From contig NZ_CP014608.1 in the NCBI RefSeq assembly GCF_001586165.1, positions 1,285,805 to 1,309,804 of the forward strand: 24,000 nucleotides of DNA, written 5' to 3'. Below are positions 9,832 through 16,998 of this stretch, in pieces. The position numbers and the translations under genes were made by a program. Each line of letters starts with the position of its first letter. Within the stretch, counting starts at the first letter, position 1. Source of the stretch: Obesumbacterium proteus (GTDB taxonomy: Bacteria; Pseudomonadota; Gammaproteobacteria; Enterobacterales; Enterobacteriaceae). The notes beneath the pieces are model-generated. The model worked only from the letters and a program-made list of their open reading frames with translations. It did no database searches and was not told the origin of the DNA.

Positions 9832-11403
9832 ATGGATATGATAGGCAAACGAAGCTTGCGTCAGGCTTGGGATGATTTAGCGGATATGCACGGCGATAAA
9901 ACGGCGCTTGTCTTCGAAGATCAGGCAAGGCAAGTTTCTCAATATAGTTATATTGAGTTAAATAAAGAGATTAATCGCACGGCTAACCTATTTCATTCAC
10001 TGGGTGTGAATAAGGGCGATAAAGTTGCCTTGCATCTGAACAACTGCGCTGAGTTTATATTTTGCTGGTTTGGCCTAGCGAAAATCGGTGCAATCGTTGT
10101 GCCTATCAATGCCAATCTATTACGTGAGGAAAGCGCGTATATTATTCATCAGTGTGAGGCCAAAATGGTGGTGACCTCCGCGGAATTTTATTCAATTTAT
10201 GCCGACCTCACGTCAAAGAATTCGCCTTCTTTGTATCCTATTATATTAACTAATCACGGCGTAGAGCCTCCAAATTCCCGTGAGGTTATTTATTTTCACC
10301 CATTGCAAAAGACTCAGCCTGATACGCTTATCTATTCGGTTGAGCTTCATAGCGATGATGTTGCGGAAATACTTTTTACCTCTGGCACGACTTCCAGCCC
10401 GAAAGGCGTGGTGATCACCCACCATAATTTGTTATTTGCGGGCTACTACACGGCTTGGCAATGCGCATTGCGGGCAGATGACGTCTATTTAACGCCGATG
10501 CCAGCCTTTCATATTGACTGTCAGTGTACCGCCGCGATGCCCACATTTACGGCGGGAGCCACTTTTGTGCTGCTAGAAAAATACAGCGCGCGAGCCTTTT
10601 GGGGGCAGGTATGCCAATACCGCGCCACCGTGACGGAATGTATTCCTCTGATGATAAAAACGCTGATGATGCAGCCGCCTATGCCGTGGGAAAAACAGCA
10701 TAATCTGCGCGAGGTGCTGTTTTATCTTAATTTATCCGAGCAAGAAAAAGACGAATTTATTCAGCGCTTTGGCGTGCGGTTACTCACATCGTATGGCATG
10801 ACCGAAACCATCGTGGGCGCCATTGGCGACAGGCCCGGAGATAAGCGTCGCTGGCCGTCGATTGGGCGGGTTGGTATGGGCTATGAAGCACAAATCAGCG
10901 ATGCGCAAGGTAATGAAATGCCGGTGGGAAAAACGGGTGAAATTTGGATAAAAGGCATTCCGGGAAAAACGCTGTTCAAAGAGTATTACAAACTGCCTCA
11001 GGAAAGCGCGCGAACCCTGAATGCTGACGGATGGCTGCGAACCGGTGATTACGGCTATATGGATGATGACGAATATTTTTATTTTGTTGAGCGCAGCTGC
11101 AACATGATTAAGCGCAGCGGGGAAAATATCTCCTGCGTTGAAATAGAAAATATTATTTCGACTCATCCAAAAATTATGGACGTGGCAGTGATTGGTTTAA
11201 AAGACTCAATCCGAGATGAAGCGATAAAAGCCGTTGTGGTTTTAAATGACGGCGAGTTTATGACGGAAAAAGAGTTCTTCACATTCTGTGAAAATAACAT
11301 GGCAAAATTCAAGGTTCCCTCTTTCTTTGAAATAAGAACGAGTCTACCTAGAAGCTGCTCGGGAAAAGTGATTAAAAAAAGCCTGGTTGAAGTTTCTTAT
11401 TAA
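9832..11403 (+). CDS. caiC: Crotonobetaine/carnitine-CoA ligase CaiC (adenylate-forming enzyme)
   Basis: 523 aa with AMP-binding motifs ([30 protein letters not shown]) and an N-terminus like E. coli CaiC (MD.IG...LRQ.WDDLAD). Sits between caiB and caiD. Confidence 0.93.
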   Translation: MDMIGKRSLRQAWDDLADMHGDKTALVFEDQARQVSQYSYIELNKEINRTANLFHSLGVNKGDKVALHLNNCAEFIFCWFGLAKIGAIVVPINANLLREESAYIIHQCEAKMVVTSAEFYSIYADLTSKNSPSLYPIILTNHGVEPPNSREVIYFHPLQKTQPDTLIYSVELHSDDVAEILFTSGTTSSPKGVVITHHNLLFAGYYTAWQCALRADDVYLTPMPAFHIDCQCTAAMPTFTAGATFVLLEKYSARAFWGQVCQYRATVTECIPLMIKTLMMQPPMPWEKQHNLREVLFYLNLSEQEKDEFIQRFGVRLLTSYGMTETIVGAIGDRPGDKRRWPSIGRVGMGYEAQISDAQGNEMPVGKTGEIWIKGIPGKTLFKEYYKLPQESARTLNADGWLRTGDYGYMDDDEYFYFVERSCNMIKRSGENISCVEIENIISTHPKIMDVAVIGLKDSIRDEAIKAVVVLNDGEFMTEKEFFTFCENNMAKFKVPSFFEIRTSLPRSCSGKVIKKSLVEVSY

Positions 11404-11417
11404 GATGAGGTCTTAGC

Positions 11418-12200
11418 ATGAGTGAATTACATATTAAGCGTAATGGCTACATTCTAGAAATTACGTTAGACAGACCGAAAGCCAATGCGATTGATGCCAA
11501 AACAAGTTTTGCGATGGGTGAAGCGTTTATCGCTTTTCGTGACGATCCTGAGCTACGCGTCGCTATTATTACCGGCGCGGGCGAGCGCTTCTTCTCTGCG
11601 GGGTGGGATTTAAAAGCCGCCGCTGAGGGTGAAGCACCTGATGCTGATTTCGGCCCCGGCGGTTTTGCTGGCCTCACCGAGCTGTTTAATTTGGATAAGC
11701 CGGTGATCGCGGCGGTCAACGGCTATGCCTTTGGCGGAGGGTTCGAATTGGCGCTGGCTGCCGATATGATTATCTGCTCGCGCAATGCCAGTTTCTCAGT
11801 GCCCGAGGCTAAGTTAGGGATTGTGCCAGACAGCGGCGGAATGCTGCGTTTGCCGAAGATATTACCTCCGGCGATTGCGATGGAAATGATGATGACGGGT
11901 CGCAGCATGGACGCCGAGGAAGCGCTGCGCTGGGGCGTGGTGAATGCGGTGGTGGAGAGCGAACAGCTCATGCCACATGCCCGTGAACTGGCGGCGCAAA
12001 TTGCGGCTAACGCACCGCTTGCTGTTGCAGCGATTAAAGAAATTTATCGTGAAACCAGCGAGCTGGCGGTTGAAGAAGGCTATCGCCACGCACGCAGTGG
12101 CAAGCTAAAACACTATCCGTCGGTATTGCACTCTGAAGATGCGCTGGAAGGTCCAACCGCCTTTGCGGAAAAACGTGAACCGGTCTGGAAAGGACGCTAG
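11418..12200 (+). CDS. caiD: Carnitinyl-CoA dehydratase CaiD (crotonase family)
   Basis: 260 aa with crotonase motifs ([27 protein letters not shown]) and C-terminal EGP.AFAEKR.P.WKGR as in E. coli CaiD. Confidence 0.95.
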   Translation: MSELHIKRNGYILEITLDRPKANAIDAKTSFAMGEAFIAFRDDPELRVAIITGAGERFFSAGWDLKAAAEGEAPDADFGPGGFAGLTELFNLDKPVIAAVNGYAFGGGFELALAADMIICSRNASFSVPEAKLGIVPDSGGMLRLPKILPPAIAMEMMMTGRSMDAEEALRWGVVNAVVESEQLMPHARELAAQIAANAPLAVAAIKEIYRETSELAVEEGYRHARSGKLKHYPSVLHSEDALEGPTAFAEKREPVWKGR

Positions 12201-12204
12201 TTTC

Positions 12205-12426
12205 ATGGCGTGTAAGCCGGAGAGACAGCGGGAGGGAGCCGGTACGGTAAACAATTCAGCACACAACTTAGCCAAGAATGCGAGTATGCAAAGTTTGCTG
12301 GAGTCACGCTATGTGATGTGCCCAGGCTGCCGACAGCGCATTAGGGGACAGCTGTATAGCATGCTGAATCAGTGTCAGACGTGGTGCCCAAGGTGCAAGA
12401 AAAATGTCTCTTCATGCGTGGGATAG
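12205..12426 (+). CDS. Hypothetical 73-aa Cys-rich (CPGC...CPRC, zinc-ribbon-like) protein occupying the caiE position
   Basis: The ATG lies 4 nt after the caiD stop, with AAAGGA 11 nt upstream. The ORF ends 20 nt before a strong terminator and contains CxxC-N18-CxxC. Against it: three rare AGA/AGG codons, and I recognise no homologue. Confidence 0.3.
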   Translation: MACKPERQREGAGTVNNSAHNLAKNASMQSLLESRYVMCPGCRQRIRGQLYSMLNQCQTWCPRCKKNVSSCVG

Positions 12427-12445
12427 CAGCGCGATAGGATTATCA

Positions 12446-12479
12446 CAGCGGCCAGAAATAGGGCCGCTGCTTTTATTTT
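12446..12479 (+). terminator. Rho-independent terminator ending the cai operon
   Basis: CAGCGGCC (12446-12453) pairs with GGCCGCTG (12462-12469) around an 8-nt loop, followed by CTTTTATTTT. Confidence 0.75.
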
Positions 12480-12682
12480 GAATGCCATATAAAACATGTT
12501 GCTGGAGCAATAGAAGATCAATAGCGACACAATAAATACAGAACTTAAATATTATTTTTTAAAGATCTCACCTTTCTGACATGCATCATAATGCGGTTAG
12601 CATTTCCTCAATACGCCGCTGACATAAGATACAATTCACTTAACCTTCTAAGGATATCTCTGCTGATGGCGGGGAGATGAAG

Positions 12683-12784
12683 CAATATTCTGCAATTGAT
12701 TTATTCACATTGATTCATTCGCATTGATGTATTCGCTTAGATATCGCTGTCGATATCCCCTCTCCCAATATCCTGTTAATTGGT
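12683..12784 (+). repeat. parC-like centromere/operator candidate: three tandem 14-bp iterons, a palindrome and a flanking direct repeat
   Basis: Three tandem iterons: ATTGATTTATTCAC (12695-12708), ATTGATTCATTCGC (12709-12722) and ATTGATGTATTCGC (12723-12736). A palindrome follows: GATATCG-CTGT-CGATATC (12740-12757). The flanks are CAATATTCTGCAATTGAT (12683-12700) and the related CAATATCCTGTTAATTGGT (12766-12784). All of it lies directly upstream of parM. Confidence 0.5.
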
Positions 12785-12866
12785 TTTAAAAATTTTAGAC
12801 AAAGCCCATCGAAGCGCTCTGCTATGGCTGGCTTTGCCCATACAATATGCTATTGAGACAAACGCT

Positions 12867-13919
12867 ATGACCACCCAAGCCCGCATGAAATTTGCCATTG
12901 ATGATGGCTCTACCAACGTCAAAATCAGTTGGATTGAGAACGGCACGCTAAAAACCGTTGTTTCCCCTAACTCATTCCGTAAAGACTGGAAAAGCGCAGC
13001 ACTGCTGCGCGGGCAAAAGGTATTCAACTACACCATTGGCACCACCAAATACACCTACGATGCGACTTCCGATAAAGCATTATCGACCACGCATATTGAA
13101 TATCAGTATGACGATTTAAACCTGCTGGCGGTGCACCATGCCCTGCTGCAAAGCGGTCTTGAGCCGTGTGAAGTTGACGTGGTGGTGACGCTGCCGATTA
13201 CCCAGTTCTATAACCCAGATGACTGCCAGCGCAACGAAGATAAAATTGAAGCCAAGCGTCGCAACCTGATGCGCGAAATCTCGCTGAACAAAGGCGAGCT
13301 GTTCAAAATCGTTGGCGTTGAGGTGATGCCTGAAAGTTTGCCTGCGGTGCTTTCGCATTTACTGAATTCTGAAACCAGCGAATTCACCCGCTCTTTAGTG
13401 GTCGACTGCGGCGGTACAACGTTGGATATGGGCGTCATCGTTGGTGAATTTGACGATGTGTCTGCGATTTACGGCAACAACGAAATCGGTGTGGCGATGG
13501 TGACGGATGCTATTCGTAAAGCGCTGGCTTCTGCCGACAGCGATTCAAGCTATTTGGTGGCGAATGAGCTGATTAAACGCCGTCACGATATGGCTTTCGT
13601 GCGTAGCGTGGTGAATGACGAAACACGTATTCCAGATATCTTGCAGCGCATTGAAACCAAGATTCGTGAGCTAGGCGATCAGGTGGCCTATGAAGCGAAG
13701 AAGTTTGCTAAAAACCCGAACCGCGTTTATCTGGTGGGCGGCGGTGCCACGCTGGTGGAGAATGCGATCCGTGAAGCCTATTCCACGCTGGGCGATCGCA
13801 TTATCACTATTGATAACCCGCAGAGCGCGCTGTCGCGTGAAATTTGCCTGTATCACTCAGAGGCTGGGGCCGATGCACTGGCAGAGCCTTTGATGCTTGA
13901 GGTAGAGGAAAATGAGTAA
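12867..13919 (+). CDS. parM: Plasmid-segregation actin-like ATPase ParM/StbA (type II partition)
   Basis: Collinear with R1/NR1 ParM as I recall it. Shared motifs: phosphate-1 IDDGSTNVK, SPNSF, KVFNYT, AVHHALL, VMPES, phosphate-2 DCGGTTLD and adenosine motif LVGGGA. The start is uncertain. ATG 12867 has a weak GAGA RBS. ATG 12885 (MKFAIDDGS) fits the ParM N-terminus best. TTG 12780 from the track is unlikely. Confidence 0.9.
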   Translation: MTTQARMKFAIDDGSTNVKISWIENGTLKTVVSPNSFRKDWKSAALLRGQKVFNYTIGTTKYTYDATSDKALSTTHIEYQYDDLNLLAVHHALLQSGLEPCEVDVVVTLPITQFYNPDDCQRNEDKIEAKRRNLMREISLNKGELFKIVGVEVMPESLPAVLSHLLNSETSEFTRSLVVDCGGTTLDMGVIVGEFDDVSAIYGNNEIGVAMVTDAIRKALASADSDSSYLVANELIKRRHDMAFVRSVVNDETRIPDILQRIETKIRELGDQVAYEAKKFAKNPNRVYLVGGGATLVENAIREAYSTLGDRIITIDNPQSALSREICLYHSEAGADALAEPLMLEVEENE

Positions 13920-14595
13920 AGGGCAGACGAGCCGAGTTAACTTCTCGCTTTATCTCAGCCCCGCTCAGTCTCAGGCCGATTTACGTACCATGACGGTGTT
14001 GCAACAGCTGCACCGTCAGCTAAAACAGAGCGGTAGCGATCGCAATGATGTGAATATGGAAACCCGTACTTTTCATCGCAATGTGTATCTGGCGGGCTTA
14101 CAGCTGCATCAGCTCAACCCACAGCTCTGTCATCATGTGGCAGAATCGATTGGCCGTGAACACCTAACGCTGCCCGAACTGGCTGAAGAACTGGTGCGCT
14201 GCGAGCTTTTACCGGTAGAAATTCCGGCGGCGCCTTCAGCGCAACATACTGATTTCTCGGCACAGCAGTTAGAGCAACTGCGTCAGGTGTTTGAACAGTC
14301 GATCCCTGAAGTCAAAACCGTTGAGTCAGCGCCTTCCGCGGTGAGTGAAACGATACAAACCGAAGGGATTAGCGCTGAGCAACAGGCTGAGTTTACGCAT
14401 CTGCGCAGCGAGCTTGCGCGGATGAGCAAACTGCTGGAACAGCAAAATTTACAGCTCCAGCAGCTGCGCCTTAGCCAGCGAGCACCAGCATCCGTAGAGC
14501 CAATCCGTAACGGCAACGCGGAAGAGGTCGATCTGGCTGATATCGCACCACCGACCGAAAAAATGAAAAAAATCCGTCAGAAAGGGATTTTTTAG
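13912..14595 (+). CDS. parR: ParR/StbB-like partition adaptor, unusually long (227 aa)
   Basis: 8-nt overlap with the parM stop, after a GAGGTAGAGGAA RBS. The N-terminal segment (RVNFSLYLSPAQSQADL..VLQQL...RTFHRNVYLAGLQLHQLNP) resembles the ribbon-helix-helix domain of R1 ParR. The middle is Q/E-rich. The C-terminal tail KMKKIRQKGIF is basic, like the ParM-binding tail of ParR. Confidence 0.7.
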   Translation: MSKGQTSRVNFSLYLSPAQSQADLRTMTVLQQLHRQLKQSGSDRNDVNMETRTFHRNVYLAGLQLHQLNPQLCHHVAESIGREHLTLPELAEELVRCELLPVEIPAAPSAQHTDFSAQQLEQLRQVFEQSIPEVKTVESAPSAVSETIQTEGISAEQQAEFTHLRSELARMSKLLEQQNLQLQQLRLSQRAPASVEPIRNGNAEEVDLADIAPPTEKMKKIRQKGIF

Positions 14596-14624
14596 GTTGG
14601 AGATTTGACCCGATATTCATGAAT

Positions 14625-14653
14625 AAAAAGCCACGTTTAACGTGGCTTTTTTT
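14625..14653. terminator. Bidirectional rho-independent terminator shared by parR and higA
   Basis: AAAAAGCCACG (14625-14635) pairs with CGTGGCTTTTT (14641-14651) around the loop TTTAA. A-run and T-run flanks serve both strands. Confidence 0.85.
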
Positions 14654-14680
14654 ACACATATTGATACCGACCGAATCGCA

Positions 14681-15100
14681 TTAGAAAAACAGGTCTGGCC
14701 TAACGTTAAAGCGCTTGGAGAGTGCTTTGATATGCTCAATGGTTAATGAGCGTTTGCCGGATAAAATCATGCTGACGAGGCTTTTCGAACCGATTTCAGA
14801 GGCTAAATCTGAGTAGGAAAGCTGATGTTGTTCGATGAGAACCCGTAGCGCAGCCACGCCAGTAGGCATATCAGTCACGGCCTGATTGAAGGCTTTAAAT
14901 CGCTCATTGTTATCTTCATATTCAGCAATTTTTAACGCCAGAAAATCTATTAGCGGGCTTTCGTCATCGTGCTCGATAAGATAATCAACCATAGCGAGCG
15001 CATCGCGATAGGCCTCCTCAGACGTATTACCGCCTAAAAAAGGCACGGCATCGGCCAATACTTTTGCGGCCTCTAGCGCTTTGGTCGGTTCTAAAATCAT
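14681..15100 (-). CDS. higA: Antitoxin HigA (XRE-family HTH)
   Basis: 139 aa, collinear with E. coli K-12 HigA/YgjM as recalled (AVAPFL.G...EE.Y..AL..VD.L, EIGSKS.VS..LSGKR.LT.EH.K.L..RF...P.LF). ATGA overlap with the higB stop. Confidence 0.9.
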   Translation of the reverse strand: MILEPTKALEAAKVLADAVPFLGGNTSEEAYRDALAMVDYLIEHDDESPLIDFLALKIAEYEDNNERFKAFNQAVTDMPTGVAALRVLIEQHQLSYSDLASEIGSKSLVSMILSGKRSLTIEHIKALSKRFNVRPDLFF

Positions 15101-15408
15101 TCTTTTATCTCCCGGTACTGCCTCGTTAGCTTGTCATACTCTGCGTGGGTGACGATGTGTTTGACGTAAAAGCGTTGGTTTACAAAGTTGATGTAGGAAA
15201 TCATCCGCAGATGGTTCCCGCCAATGTTGATTACCCACCACTTGTTCCTATATTTGAAATTATCGAGGTTAGGGAACAGTTTGCGTAATTCCGTAGGGCT
15301 TCCAAACTCATTCTCTTTAAGCAATCGATATGCTGCGATGAGAGATGCGGCATCGTTTGGATACTTTCGCGCGGCGTCTTCAAACGGATCCCTAGATATG
15401 ATGTGCAT
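15097..15408 (-). CDS. higB: Toxin HigB (RelE/ParE-superfamily mRNA interferase)
   Basis: 103 aa from ATG 15408. It matches E. coli HigB/YgjN (MH.I....DAA.KYP, FP.LDNFKY, N.GGN.LR, THKEYD-like THAEYD). The 38 upstream codons of the track ORF cover the promoter and operators and are dropped. Confidence 0.9.
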   Translation of the reverse strand: MHIISRDPFEDAARKYPNDAASLIAAYRLLKENEFGSPTELRKLFPNLDNFKYRNKWWVINIGGNHLRMISYINFVNQRFYVKHIVTHAEYDKLTRQYREIKE

Positions 15409-15420
15409 GTCCGGCTCTCT

Positions 15421-15475
15421 GTTTACATCATGTGAACATAATAGGCGCGCAATGTTTGGTTTACAATATGTGAAC
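15421..15475 (-). promoter_or_regulatory. higBA promoter with two operator palindromes
   Basis: GTTTACA-TCA-TGTGAAC (15421-15437) and GTTTACA-ATA-TGTGAAC (15459-15475) are the same imperfect palindrome 38 bp apart. On the minus strand, TTGTAA (15466-15461), a 17-nt spacer and TATTAT (15443-15438) form a sigma-70-like promoter that overlaps or abuts them. Confidence 0.55.
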
Positions 15476-15762
15476 TGAACATTTTTACCCAATCCTTGGT
15501 CGCTGATGAGGTCACCACTCAACTAAGATGACGCCTTGTTTCTTGTTCAGAAGAGAATGGCTTGTCTCTCAGCGCGAAAACTATATGCCGACTGTTTTTA
15601 AGATGAAATGGGCCGTAGAGCTTGTTCACCGTTTGTTTTTTTATCTGGAATCCACCTCGAATAAATGACCGATATGAACCATGCATCGTTGCAAACCCTA
15701 GACCCGTCTTGCTATCTGCGTTACCGTTCCTTATCTCCTGCCCCTATGATAATTCGAGAAAA

Positions 15763-16863
15763 ATGCCAAATTTTCACGCTGTAGCGTTACGTCCCGTTTG
15801 TTTATTGGCTCTATTGGTCTTGGCTGGTTGCTCAACCAAAACCAGCCAAGCGCCTGCGCCGCGGCCGGCCGATGTGAAATCACAGTTGGTTAAGCTGATG
15901 CCGAGTAACGTGCGCGATCGTCAGGGCTGGGCGACGGATATCGCGGCCGCATTTACCGCACAGGATATTGCGCCAACCGCAGAAAACTTGTGTTCGGTGT
16001 TAGCCGTGACCGAGCAGGAATCGACCTTTCAAGCCGATCCACAGGTGCCGGGACTGGGGAAAATTGCATGGAAAGAGATCGACCGCCGCGCCGATCAGAT
16101 GCACATTCCCAACTTTTTGGTGCACACCGCGCTGTTGATCAAATCTCCCAACGGGAAAAGCTATAGCGAACGCTTAGATAAGGTGCGCAGCGAGAAAGAG
16201 CTCAGCGCGATTTTTGATGATTTCATCGATATGGTGCCAATGGGGCAAAAACTGTTTGGCAGTTTGAATCCGGTGCGTACCGGCGGCCCGATGCAGGTCA
16301 GCATTGCGTTTGCCGAAGCGCACGCCAAAGGCTATCCGTATAAAATTGACGGGACGATTCGTCGTGAAGTCTTCAGCCGACGCGGCGGTGTTTATTTCGG
16401 CACCCTGCATTTGCTTAGTTATCCGGCTAATTACCCACAGCCTATCTATCGTTTTGCTGACTTCAATGCCGGATGGTATGCCAGCCGGAATGCGGCGTTT
16501 CAAAGCGCCGTCAGCCGCGTTAGCGGAATTAAACTCGCGCTGGATGGCGATTTGATTAACTACGGCACTGATAAACCCGGCTCCACGGAGCTGGCGGTGC
16601 GTTCGCTGGGCAAGCGTTTGGATATGAGCGATTCCAGCATCCGTCGAGCGTTAGAGAAAGGCGATAGCATCGATTTCGAGAAAACGTCGCTCTACAAACA
16701 GGTATATGCGCTGGCCGAGAAATCGAGCGGTAAAAAGCTGCCGCGTGAGATCCTGCCGGGGATCACCTTGGAAAGCCCTAAGATTACCCGCCAACTGACC
16801 ACCGCATGGTTTGCTAAACGCGTGGATGGGCGCTGGCAGAAGTGCATGGCCAAGGCGCGTTAA
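15763..16863 (+). CDS. Lipoprotein of unknown function (DUF1615-like) with lytic-transglycosylase-like motifs
   Basis: Starts at ATG 15763, giving the signal peptide MPNFHAVALRPVCLLALLVLAG|C with a lipobox. 366 aa. The TTG 15622 extension in the track is unlikely. The family assignment is from memory. Motifs seen: TEQES, GGPMQV and FNAGWY. Confidence 0.8.
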   Translation: MPNFHAVALRPVCLLALLVLAGCSTKTSQAPAPRPADVKSQLVKLMPSNVRDRQGWATDIAAAFTAQDIAPTAENLCSVLAVTEQESTFQADPQVPGLGKIAWKEIDRRADQMHIPNFLVHTALLIKSPNGKSYSERLDKVRSEKELSAIFDDFIDMVPMGQKLFGSLNPVRTGGPMQVSIAFAEAHAKGYPYKIDGTIRREVFSRRGGVYFGTLHLLSYPANYPQPIYRFADFNAGWYASRNAAFQSAVSRVSGIKLALDGDLINYGTDKPGSTELAVRSLGKRLDMSDSSIRRALEKGDSIDFEKTSLYKQVYALAEKSSGKKLPREILPGITLESPKITRQLTTAWFAKRVDGRWQKCMAKAR

Positions 16864-16998
16864 TAATTGCGCGATGCTTCGCATCTTACACTTATCCTTG
16901 TTGCTCAACTGTTAATCAGTTGTTATCGTGAAAGGCGTCTACTATTGGACGCTTTTACCACCGTTGAGTTGCAATAAGATATCCGTGTGAGGTAGCGC

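Noticed and set aside
12139-12204. Longer 95-aa version of the Cys-rich ORF, starting inside caiD
   Set aside because: The first 22 codons lie out of frame within the caiD 3' end. ATG 12205, just after the caiD stop and with an AAAGGA upstream, is the only sensible start if the ORF is real.
12201-12445. Degraded caiE or caiF remnant
   Set aside because: I translated the segment mentally in both orientations. Nothing resembles the CaiE hexapeptide repeats or the CaiF sequence as I recall them. This is not decisive without a tBLASTn search.
15409-15522. N-terminal 38-codon extension of higB (track ORF of 141 aa)
   Set aside because: E. coli HigB aligns from MHII at 15408. The extension covers the predicted promoter and both operator palindromes.
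15528-15668. 46-aa ORF (MTPCFLFRREW...) between higB and the lipoprotein gene
   Set aside because: No Shine-Dalgarno and no recognisable family. It lies in what is probably promoter DNA for both flanking genes.
15622-15762. TTG-initiated 47-codon extension of the lipoprotein ORF
   Set aside because: The internal ATG at 15763 gives a canonical lipoprotein signal peptide with a lipobox. The extension is a non-ATG start with no RBS.
12480-15762. Island boundaries: att-like direct repeats, IS inverted repeats, tRNA or integrase fragments
   Set aside because: I compared the roughly 200 bp at each edge by eye and found no shared repeat and no recombinase-like ORF. The insertion mechanism therefore cannot be inferred from this window.
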